Of a stretch of 64,000 nt of DNA, positions 1-11,330 are shown piece after piece. Under the pieces are notes generated by a model that was given only the letters and a program-made list of their open reading frames with translations, searched no databases and was not told the DNA's origin. The stretch is from Macrostomum lignano (Eukaryota): positions 62,001-126,000 of the forward strand of contig NIVC01002621.1 of the NCBI GenBank assembly GCA_002269645.1, given 5' to 3'. The translations under genes and the position numbers were made by a program. Position 1 is the first letter of the stretch, and each line of letters begins with the position of its first letter.

Positions 1-3000
1 AATCGTAGAAGCGTCATGTAAACAATCATAGAAGCGTCATGTAAACAATCATAGAAGCGTCATGTAAAAAATCGTAGAAGCGTCATATAAAAATCATAGA
101 AGCGTTCATTTAAAAAGGTCATAGAAGCGTCATGTAAAAATCGTAGAAGCGTCATTTAAAAATTATAGAAGCGTCATGTAAACAATCATAGAAGCGTCAT
201 GTAAAGAATCGTAGAAGCGTCATGTAAACAATCATGTAAAAAATCGTAGAAGCGTCATATAAAAATCATAGAAGCGTTCATTTAAAAAAGTCATAGAAGC
301 GTCATGTAAAAATCGTTGAAGCGTCATTTAAAAATTATAGAAGCGTCATGTAAACAATCATAGAAGCGTCATGTAAAGAATCGTAGAAGCGTCATGTAAA
401 CAATCATAGAAGCGTCATTTAAACAATCATAGAAGCGTTATGTAAACAATCATAGAAGCGTCATGTAAACAATCATAGAAACGTCATGTAAACAATCATA
501 GACGCGCCATGTAAACAATCATAGAAGCGTCATGTAAACAATCATAGAAGCATCATGTGAACAATCATAGAAGCGTCATGTAAACAATCATAGAAGCGTC
601 ATGTAAAAAATCATAGAAGCGTTATGTAAACAATCATAGAAGCGTCATGTAAAAAATCATAGAAGCGTCATGTAAACAATCATAGAAGCGTCATGTAAAC
701 AATCATTGAAGCGTCATGTAAAAAATCATAGAAGCGTCATGTAAACAATCATAGAAGCGTCATTTAAAAAGTCATAGAAGCGTCATGTAAACAATCATAG
801 AAGCGTCATGTAAACAATCATAGAAGCGTCATGTAAAAAATCATAGAAGCGTCATGTAAACAATCATAGAAGCGTCATGTAAACAATCATTGAAGCGTCA
901 TGTAAAAAATCATAGAAGCGTCATGTAAACAATCATAGAAGCGTCATTTAAAAAGTCATAGAAGCGTCATGTAAACAATCATAGAAGCGTCATGTAAACA
1001 ATCATAGAAGCGTCATGTAAACAATCATAGAAGCGTCATGTAAACAATCATAGAAGCGTCATGTAAACAATCATAGAAGCGTCATGTAAACAATCATAGA
1101 AGCGTCATGTAAACAATCATAGAAGCGTCATGTAAACAATCATAGAAGCGTCATGTAAAGAATCATAGAAGCGTCATGTAAAAAATCATAGAAGCGTCAT
1201 TTAAAAAATCATAGAAGCGTCATGTAAACAATCATAGAAGCGTCATTTAAAAAAAACATAGAAGCGTCATTTAAAAATCATAGAAGCGTCATGTAAACAA
1301 TCATAAAAGCGTCATGTAAAAAATCGAAGAAGCGTCATGTAAACAATCATAGAAGCGTCATGTAACAATCATAGAAGCGTTATGTAAACAATCATAGAAG
1401 TGTCATGTAAACAATCATAGAAGCGTCATGTAAAAATCATAAAAGCGTCATGTAAACAATCATAGAAGCGTCATGTAAACAATCATAGAAGCGTCATGTA
1501 ACAATCATAGAAGCGTTATGTAAACAATCATAGAAGTGTCATGTAAACAATCATAGAAGCGTCATGTAAAAAATCATAGAAGCGTCATGTAAACAATCAT
1601 AGAAGCGTCATGTAAAAATCGTAGAAGAGTCATTTAAAAATCATAGAAGCGTCATGTAAAAAATCGTAGAAGCGTTATGTAAACAATCATAGAAGCGTCA
1701 TGTAAACAATCATAGAAGCGTCATGTAAAAAATCGTAGAAGCGTCATATAAAAATCATAGAAGCGTTCATTTAAAAAGGTCATAGAAGCGTCATGTAAAA
1801 ATCGTAGAAGCGTCATTTAAAAATTATAGAAGCGTCATGTAAACAATCATAGAAGCGTCATGTAAAGAATCGTAGAAGCGTCATGTAAACAATCATGTAA
1901 AAAATCGTAGAAGCGTCATATAAAAATCATAGAAGCGTTCATTTAAAAAGTCATAGAAGCGTCATGTAAAAATCGTTGAAGCGTCATTTAAAAATTATAG
2001 AAGCGTCATGTAAACAATCATAGAAGCGTCATGTAAAGAATCGTAGAAGCGTCATGTAAACAATCATAGAAGCGTCATTTAAACAATCATAGAAGCGTCA
2101 TGTAAACAATCATAGAAGCGTCATTTAAACAATCATAGAAGCGTCATGTAAACAATCATAGAAGCGTCATGTAAACAATCATAGAAGCATCATGTGAACA
2201 ATCATAGAAGCGTCATGTAAACAATCAAAGAAGCGTCATGTAAACAATCATAGAAGCGTCATGTAAACAATCATAGAAGCGTCATGTAAACAATCATAGA
2301 AGCGTCATGTAAACAATCATAGAAGCGTCATGTAAACAATCATAGAAGCGTCATGTAAACAATCATAGAAGCGTCATGTAAAGAATCATAGAAGCGTCAT
2401 GTAAAAAATCATAGAAGCGTCATTTAAAAAATCATAGAAGCGTCATGTAAACAATCATAGAAGCGTCATTTAAAAAAAACATAGAAGCGTCATTTAAAAA
2501 ATCATAGACGCGTCATGTAAACAATCATAGAAGCGTCATGTAAAAATCGTAGAAGAGTCATTTAAAAATCATAGAAGCGTCATGTAAAAAATCGTAGAAG
2601 CGTCATGTAAACAATCATAGAAGCGTCATGTAAACAATCATAGAAGCGTCATGTAAAAAATCGTAGAAGCGTCATATAAAAATCATAGAAGCGTTCATTT
2701 AAAAAGGTCATAGAAGCGTCATGTAAAAATCGTAGAAGCGTCATTTAAAAATTATAGAAGCGTCATGTAAACAATCATAGAAGCGTCATGTAAAGAATCG
2801 TAGAAGCGTCATGTAAACAATCATGTAAAAAATCGTAGAAGCGTCATATAAAAATCATAGAAGCGTTCATTTAAAAAAGTCATAGAAGCGTCATGTAAAA
2901 ATCGTTGAAGCGTCATTTAAAAATTATAGAAGCGTCATGTAAACAATCATAGAAGCTTCATGTAAAGAATCGTAGAAGCGTCATGTAAACAATCATAGAA

Positions 3001-6000
3001 GCGTCATTTAAAAAATCATAGAAGCGTCATGTAAACAATCATAGAAGCGTCATGTAAACAATCATAGAAACGTCATGTAAACAATCATAGACGCGCCATG
3101 TAAACAATCATAGAAGCGTCATGTAAACAATCATAGAAGCGTCATGTAAACAATCATAGAAACGTCATGTAAACAATCATAGAAGCGTCATGTAAACAAT
3201 CATAGAAGCGCATTGTAAAAAATTATATAAGCGTCATGTAAACAATCATAGAAGCGTCATGTAAACAATCATAGACGCGTCATGTAAACAATCATAGAAG
3301 CGTCATTTAAACAATCATAGAAGCGTCATGTAAACAATCATAAAAGCGTCATGTAAAAATCGTAGAAGCGTCATAAAAAAATCATAGAAGCGTCATGTAA
3401 ACAATCATAGAAGCGTCATTTAAAAAATGATAGAATTGCGTCATTTGAAAATCATAGAAGCGCATTGTAAAAAATCATAGAAGCGTCATGTAAACAATCA
3501 TAGAAGCGTCATGAAGCGTCATATAAAAATCATAGAAGCGTTCATTTAAAAAGGTCATAGAAGCGTCATGTAAAAATCGTAGAAGCGTCATTTAAAAATT
3601 ATAGAAGCGTCATGTAAACAATCATAGAAGCGTCATGTAAAGAATCGTAGAAGCGTCATGTAAACAATCATGTAAAAAATCGTAGAAGCGTCATATAAAA
3701 ATCATAGAAGCGTTCATTTAAAAAAGTCATAGAAGCGTCATGTAAAAATCGTTGAAGCGTCATTTAAAAATCATAGAAGCGTCATGTAAACAATCATAGA
3801 AGCGTCATGTAAAGAATCGTAGAAGCGTCATGTAAACAATCATAGAAGCGTCATTTAAACAATCATAGAAGCGTTATGTAAACAATCATAGAAGCGTCAT
3901 GTAAACAATCATAGAAACGTCATGTAAACAATCATAGACGCGCCATGTAAACAATCATAGAAGCGTCATGTAAACAATCATAGAAGCATCATGTGAACAA
4001 TCATAGAAGCGTCATGTAAACAATCATAGAAGCGTCATGTAAAAAATCATAAAAGCGTTATGTAAACAATCATAGAAGCGTCATGTAAAAAATCATAGAA
4101 GCGTCATGTAAACAATCATAGAAGCGTCATGTAAACAATCATTGAAGCGTCATGTAAAAAATCATAGAAGCGTCATGTAAACAATCATAGAAGCGTCATT
4201 TAAAAAGTCATAGAAGCGTCATGTAAACAATCATAGAAGCGTCATGTAAACAATCATAGAAGCGTCATGTAAAAAATCATAGAAGCGTCATGTAAACAAT
4301 CATAGAAGCGTCATGTAAAAAATCATAGAAGCGTCATGTAAACAATCATAGAAGCGTCATTTAAAAAGTCATAGAAGCGTCATGTAAACAATCATAGAAG
4401 CGTCATGTAAACAATCATAGAAGCGTCATGTAAACAATCATAGAAGCGTCATGTAAACAATCATAGAAGCGTCATGTAAACAATCATAGAAGCGTCATGT
4501 AAACAATCATAGAAGCGTCATGTAAACAATCATAGAAGCGTCATGTAAACAATCATAGAAGCGTCATGTAAAGAATCATAGAAGCGTCATGTAAAAAATC
4601 ATAGAAGCGTCATTTAAAAAATCATAGAAGCGTCATGTAAACAATCATAGAAGCGTCATTTAAAAAAAACATAGAAGCGTCATTTAAAAAATCATAGAAG
4701 CGTCATGTAAACAATCATAAAAGCGTCATGTAAAAAATCGAAGAAGCGTCATGTAAACAATCATAGAAGCGTCATGTAACAATCATAGAAGCGTTATGTA
4801 AACAATCATAGAAGTGTCATGTAAACAATCATAGAAGCGTCATGTAAAAAATCATAGAAGCGTCATGTAAACAATCATAGAAGCGTCATGTAAACAATCA
4901 TAGAAGCGTCATGTAACAATCATAGAAGCGTTATGTAAACAATCATAGAAGTGTCATGTAAACAATCATAGAAGCGTCATGTAAAAAATCATAGAAGCGT
5001 CATGTAAACAATCATAGAAGCGTCATGTAAAAATCGTAGAAGAGTCATTTAAAAATCATAGAAGCGTCATGTAAAAAATCGTAGAAGCGTCATGTAAACA
5101 ATCATAGAAGCGTCATGTAAACAATCATAGAAGCGTCATGTAAAAAATCGTAGAAGCGTCATATAAAAATCATAGAAGCGTTCATTTAAAAAGGTCATAG
5201 AAGCGTCATGTAAAAATCATAGAAGCGTCATGTAAAAATCGTAGAAGCGTCATTATTATAGAAGCGTCATGTAAACAATCATAGAAGCGTCATGTAAAGA
5301 ATCGTAGAAGCGTCATGTAAACAATCATGTAAAAAATCGTAGAAGCGTCATATAAAAATCATAGAAGCGTTCATTTAAAAAAGTCATAGAAGCGTCATGT
5401 AAAAATCGTTGAAGCGTCATTTAAAAATTATAGAAGCGTCATGTAAACAATCATAGAAGCGTCATGTAAAGAATCGTAGAAGCGTCATGTAAACAATCAT
5501 AGAAGCGTCATTTAAACAATCATAGAAGCGTCATGTAAACAATCATAGAAGCGTCATTTAAACAATCATAGAAGCGTCATGTAAACAATCATAGAAGCGT
5601 CATGTAAACAATCATAGAAGCATCATGTGAACAATCATAGAAGCGTCATGTAAACAATCAAAGAAGCGTCATGTAAACAATCATAGAAGCGTCATGTAAA
5701 CAATCATAGAAGCGTCATGTAAACAATCATAGAAGCGTCATGTAAACAATCATAGAAGCGTCATGTAAACAATCATAGAAGCGTCATGTAAACAATCATA
5801 GAAGCGTCATGTAAAGAATCATAGAAGCGTCATGTAAAAAATCATAGAAGCGTCATTTAAGAAATCATAGAAGCGTCATGTAAACAATCATAGAAGCGTC
5901 ATTTAAAAAAAACATAGAAGCGTCATTTAAAAAATCATAGATGCGTCATGTAAACAATCATAGAAGCGTCATGTAAACAATCATAGAAGCGTCATGTAAA

Positions 6001-7250
6001 AATCGTTGAAGCGTCATTTAAAAATTATAGAAGCGTCATGTAAACAATCATAGAAGCGTCATGTAAAGAATCGTAGAAGCGTCATGTAAACAATCATAGA
6101 AGCGTCATTAAAAAATCATAGAAGCGTCATGTAAACAATCATAGAAGCGTCATGTAAACAATCATAGAAACGTCATGTAAACAATCATAGACGCGCCATG
6201 TAAACAATCATAGAAGCGTCATGTAAACAATCATAGAAGCGTCATGTAAACAATCATAGAAGCGTCATGTAAACAATCATAGAAGCGTCATGTAAACAAT
6301 CATAGAAGCGCATTGTAAAAATCATATAAGCGTCATGTAAACAATCATAGAAGCGTCATGTAAACAATCATAGAAGCGTCATGTAAACAATCATAGAAGC
6401 GTCATTAAACAATCATAGAAGCGTCATGTAAACAATCATAAAAGCGTCATGTAAAAATCGTAGAAGCGTCATAAAAAAATCATAGAAGCGTCATGTAAAC
6501 AATCATAGAAGCGTCATTTAAAAAATGATAGAATTGCGTCATTTGAAAATCATAGAAGCGCCATGTAAAAAATCATAGAAGCGTCATGTAACAATCATAG
6601 AAGCGTCATGTAAACAATCATAGAAGTGTCATGTAAACAATCATAGAAGCGCATTGTAAAAAATTATATAAGCGTCATGTAAACAATCATAGAAGCGTCA
6701 TGTAAACAATCATAGAAGCGCATTGTAAAAAATGATAGAATTGCGTCATTTAAAAATCATAAAATCGCATTGTAAAAAATCATAGAAGCGTCATGTAACA
6801 ATCATAGACGCGTCATGTAAACAATCATAGAAGCGTCATATAAAAATCATAGAAGCGTCATGTAAACAATCATAGAAGCGTCATTTAAAAAATCATAGAA
6901 GCGTCATTTAAAAATCATAGAAGCGTCATGTAAAAAATCATAGAAGCGTCATGTAACAATCATAGAGGCGTCATGTAAACAATCATAGAAGTGTCATGTA
7001 AACAATCATAGAAGCGTCATGTAAAAAATCGTAGAAGCGTCATATAAAAATCATAGAAGCGTCATTTAAAAAATCATAGAAGCGTCATGTAAACAATCAT
7101 AGAAGCGTCATGTAAAAAATCATAGAAGCGTCATGTAAAAAATCATAGAAGCGTCATGTAAACAATCATAGAAGCGTCATGTAAACAATCATAGAAGCGT
7201 CATATAAAAATCATAGAAGCGTCAAGAAAAAATCATAGAAGCCTCATTTA
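1..7250 (+). repeat. 23-bp satellite (AATCATAGAAGCGTCATGTAAAC)n, >300 units, runs off the window start
   Basis: Direct reading of the tandem units; recurring variant blocks indicate higher-order structure; decays into unique sequence at about 7250-7350. Confidence 0.98.
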
Positions 7251-8152
7251 AAAACTAATGAAAGTGTCATTTAAAAATTAAGAAGCATCATGGTAGAATA
7301 AAAGAAGCGTCATGTCAGACATGAAGGGTGTCATGTAAAAATTAAATGAAGCTATAATGCTGTGCTGGGGAGAAAAACTGAGACGTAAAGGCTCTCAGAG
7401 AATAACTGACATTACGGGGGGGGTTTCTGAGATGTCAAAGCAAAAGTCAGAAGCTACTTCAAAGTTCATGTACTTTACTCAATTTTTTTATTGCATTCTT
7501 TGTTGGCTCGCCACGGGGGGGGCGCTGATAGAAGAAGAGTCATGTAAAAAATAAAAGTAGCACTACGTATACATAAAAGAAAAGTCATGTCGAAGTTAAA
7601 AGATTCATTTGGGAATTGCTACGATGTCAAAGCTTGGTGGAAATCGTTATAGTGCTGTGTTTCTTAAAGAAGGAATCACTAAAATTTCAAGGCTTAGGGG
7701 AGAAGAATTGCTGAGATTTCAAGGCTTTAGGTTGGGTTAAAGTTAGGTTTAGGTCAGGTGTGGGTTGAGGGTTATATTTTATCGGGTTTCAAGGTTAACA
7801 GAATAACAGGGGATTTTTTAGATTTCAAGGTTTATGGGGCCATCGCTGATATGTTAAGGCTTACGGGGGAATAGCTGAGATGTCAAAGCTCACGGGGATA
7901 TAAATGAGATTTCAAGGCTAAAGTCAGAAGCTACATGTAGTTCATTGAAAAAAGTTATTATATTATTTGTTGGCTCCTCACGGGAGGGATCGCTGATAGA
8001 AAAAGCATAATGTAAAAAATAAAAGAAGCTTCATGTCGAAGTTAAGAGATTCATTTGGGAATCCCTACGATGTCGAGGCTTGCAGGGAATCGCTATAATG
8101 CTGTAGTAGTGCTATAATGACTCTTAGAGAGAATTACTGAAATTTCAATGCT

Positions 8153-8192
8153 TTAGGGTTAGGGTTAGGGTTAGGGTTAGGGTTAGGGTTAG
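8153..8192 (+). repeat. Interstitial telomeric repeat (TTAGGG)6
   Basis: Six perfect TTAGGG plus TTAG. Confidence 0.95.
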
Positions 8193-9052
8193 TCTTGGGT
8201 TAGGTTTAGAAGGTTGACAGATATTTTTAGATTTCCAAGGCTTATTGGGGGCATTGCTGAGATGTCAAGGGGGGAAGTTGATATGTTAAAGCTTGTGGGG
8301 GGGAATTACTGACATGTCAAGGCTTACAAGGTTTGACAGGAGATTTTTTAAGATTTCAAGGATATATGTAGCTTATTAAAAAAACGTGTATTGCATTTCT
8401 TTGGCTCCCCAACGGGGGGCGTAGATTGCTAGTCCTATATACTAAAAATGAGTTGTCTGTATGTATGTATATGGGTATGTGATTGATTTCAGAAAAATTC
8501 GCTCAACCGATTTTTTCAAACTTGCACCATTCGATCAGAATTTTCCCGTGACTGTACATGCATCTTGGCTAAGAAATTGCTCGATGCTAAAGGCATTAAA
8601 TATTCGAAAAACATGCTTTTTTGCAAAGGTCAAGCAAACTTTTCGACTTGAAATGCATTGTAAGAATGCTAGAGAAAAAACTGACTGGTTGAATTCTGAT
8701 TCTGAAATAGATTGCATCATAACTGAATTGTAACTCCGACTTGAATTGAAAATGCAGTGTGGAAGCGTAGCACCAGACTTGATTTAAATTGCGTAACCAT
8801 ATTGTTAACTGATACTGACTGACTGAGAAACTGATTATGTCATAACTGCTTCGTGTGATTTACTCTATGCTTGGATTTTCAAGTGTTGAATTATATAAGT
8901 GCAAAATTTGATGTTATCAAAAAGATGAGAGCTAGCCTAGAGGTGAACAAACTGAACTGCTAAATGCAGCGACGATGGTTCGAATTTTCATAGAGTACCA
9001 TTTTTTTAATTAAAGCTTTTCAACGTCAGGAAAACTAAAAGACTTTTTAAAA

Positions 9053-9410
9053 AGAAGCGTCATGTAAAAATCGTAGAAGCGTCATGTAAACAATCATAGA
9101 AGCGTCATGTAAAAAATCGTAGAAGCGTCATGTAAACAATCATAGAAGCGTCATGTAAACAATCATAGAAGCGTCATGTAAAAAATCATAGAAGCGTCAT
9201 GTAAAAAATCATAGAAGCGTCATGTAAAAAATCATAGAAGCGTCATGTAAACAATCATAGAAGCGTCATGTAAAAAATTATAGAAGCGTCATGTAAAAAA
9301 TCATAGAAGCGTCATGTAAACAATCATAGAAGCGTCATGTAAACAATCATAGAAGCGTCATATAAAAATCATAGAAGCGTCAAGAAAAAATCATAGAAGC
9401 CTCATTTAAA
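9053..9410 (+). repeat. Short array (about 16 units) of the same 23-bp satellite
   Basis: Same AATCATAGAAGCGTCATGTAAAC unit, followed by the same decaying end as at 7200-7350. Confidence 0.95.
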
Positions 9411-10315
9411 AACTAATGAAAGTGTCATTTAAAAATTAAGAAGCATCATGGTAGAATAAAAGAAGCGTCATGTCAGACATGAAGGGTGTCATGTAAAAAT
9501 TAAATGAAGCTATAATGCTGTGCTGGGGAGAAAAACTGAGACGTAAAGGCTCTCAGAGAATAACTGACATTACGGGGGGGGGGGTTTCTGAGATGTCAAA
9601 GCAAAAGTCAGAAGCTACTTCAAAGTTCATGTACTTTACTCAATTTTTTTATTGCATTCTTTGTTGGCTCGCCACGGGGGGGGCGCTGATAGAAGAAGAG
9701 TCATGTAAAAAATAAAAGTAGCACTACGTATACATAAAAGAAAAGTCATGTCGAAGTTAAAAGATTCATTTGGGAATTGCTACGATGTCAAAGCTTGGTG
9801 GAAATCGTTATAGTGCTGTGTTTCTTAAAGAAGGAATCACTAAAATTTCAAGGCTTAGGGGAGAAGAATTGCTGAGATTTCAAGGCTTTAGGTTGGCTTA
9901 AAGTTAGGTTTAGGTCAGGTGTGGGTTGAGGGTTATATTTTATCGGGTTTCAAGGTTAACAGAATAACAGGGGATTTTTTAGATTTCAAGGTTTATGGGG
10001 GCCATCGCTGATATGTTAAGGCTTACGGGGGGAATAGCTGAGATGTCAAAGCTCACGGGGATATAAATGAGATTTCAAGGCTAAAGTCAGAAGCTACATG
10101 TAGTTCATTGAAAAAAGTTATTATATTATTTGTTGGCTCCTCACGGGAGGGATCGCTGATAGAAAAAGCATAATGTAAAAAATAAAAGAAGCTTCATGTC
10201 GAAGTTAAGAGATTCATTTGGGAATCCCTACGATGTCGAGGCTTGCAGGGAATCGCTATAATGCTGTAGTAGTGCTATAATGACTCTTAGAGAGAATTAC
10301 TGAAATTTCAATGCT

Positions 10316-10355
10316 TTAGGGTTAGGGTTAGGGTTAGGGTTAGGGTTAGGGTTAG
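10316..10355 (+). repeat. Interstitial telomeric repeat (TTAGGG)6, second copy
   Basis: Identical to 8153-8192, inside the duplicated Helitron-like body. Confidence 0.95.
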
Positions 10356-11049
10356 TCTTGGGTTAGGTTTAGAAGGTTGACAGATATTTTTAGATTTCCA
10401 AGGCTTATTGGGGGCATTGCTGAGATGTCAAGGGGGGAGTTGATATGTTAAGGCTTGTGGGGGGGGGGAATTGCTGACATGTCAAGGCTTACAAGGGTAC
10501 TGGTAGCGTACTTGAGCGTACTGGTAGAAGTAGCTCTGAAAGAAGGCAAGTATGGTTGAATTTCAATGTCTGTTATAAAATTCTGCACAAGCATGTTTTA
10601 TTGGTACATAAGTTCAGAATTAAAATGAGAATTCGATTCCTAGCCCCACTCCCTAAGAATTTTTTTTTTCATTTTAAAGGATTCGTACCTTGCTTATTGG
10701 CCACCCCGAAGGGGGGCGCTTGATTGCTAGTCTAAGCCTATAAATTAAGACCATGAAAATTTGTCTACGGTTCTAAACTGAACAACGAGGAGAAAGAATG
10801 GCCATCCCCATAGACATTTGCAGTTTCTTGTATGCTTCAGCACTGAGCTATGAAGTTTCGACCCTGATGCCCTCATGGTGAATCCTCATAGGATTCTCTC
10901 TATGGTGAATGGAACTCTGCTAGACTCTGTGCAATGCACCAAACTGAACGCAGTAAAATTCGGAAAGGAAGCAAAAAACTAGAAAAGAACTAGAACCGAG
11001 TTTTGCGCCCCTTCTATCTAATATATACTACTTAGTTGACCACACTAGA

Positions 11050-11330
11050 AACTGAAAGGTCAGTCAGGGGTTCGATTCTCGACCTAACTCGGAACAAACT
11101 GTGCCATTGAGCAAGACACCCAACTCTGCATTGCTTCAGTTCACTCAGCTTTTAAATGGGTGCCAGCATTAGCTGGGGTAATTGATGAAGTGTGTGGCGA
11201 CCCCCCCCCCCAAGGCCTTGAACTGAACAGCCGTACGCAGCCTTCAGATGCGCCTGCAATGGCTGCGGCTGAGCTGTCGGTTGCACATCTGCCCATTGGG
11301 ATTAATTAATTATATTAATTATATTAGCTC
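11050..11330 (+). mobile_element. tRNA-derived SINE, probably 5'-truncated
   Basis: Pol III B-box-like GGTTCGATTC (11069-11078), central GAGCAAGACAC...CATTGCTTCAGTTCACTCAGCT...AAATGGGTGCC resembling conserved SINE core domains, AT-rich tail; homologous to the inverted copy at 14508-14820. Confidence 0.75.

Larger units (their letters stand above)
1..8432 (+). mobile_element. Non-autonomous Helitron-like unit A (5' end outside the window), containing the long satellite
   Basis: 3' end has a GC hairpin GCTCCCC-AAC-GGGGGGC (8404-8420), an 8-nt spacer and CTAG (8429-8432) followed by T; segment about 7100-8337 is near-identical to about 9260-10495 of unit B. Confidence 0.7.
8433..10730 (+). mobile_element. 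Non-autonomous Helitron-like unit B, head-to-tail with unit A
   Basis: Begins TCCTATATACTAAAAATGAGTTGTCTGTATGT directly after unit A's CTAG; internal short 23-bp array at about 9053-9410; ends with hairpin GCCACCCC-GAA-GGGGGGC (10700-10717) plus CTAG (10727-10730) then T; no Rep/helicase ORF. Confidence 0.72.

Noticed and set aside
8153-8192. True chromosome end
   Set aside because: Only six repeats, internal, and duplicated with the surrounding element.
7357-9715. Duplicated 65-66 aa ORFs and the 90-aa ORF at 8461
   Set aside because: Lie within non-coding Helitron-like sequence; homopolymer-length differences between copies and no Rep/helicase motifs.
11069-11078. tRNA gene suggested by a B-box
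   Set aside because: No cloverleaf; it is the head of a SINE.
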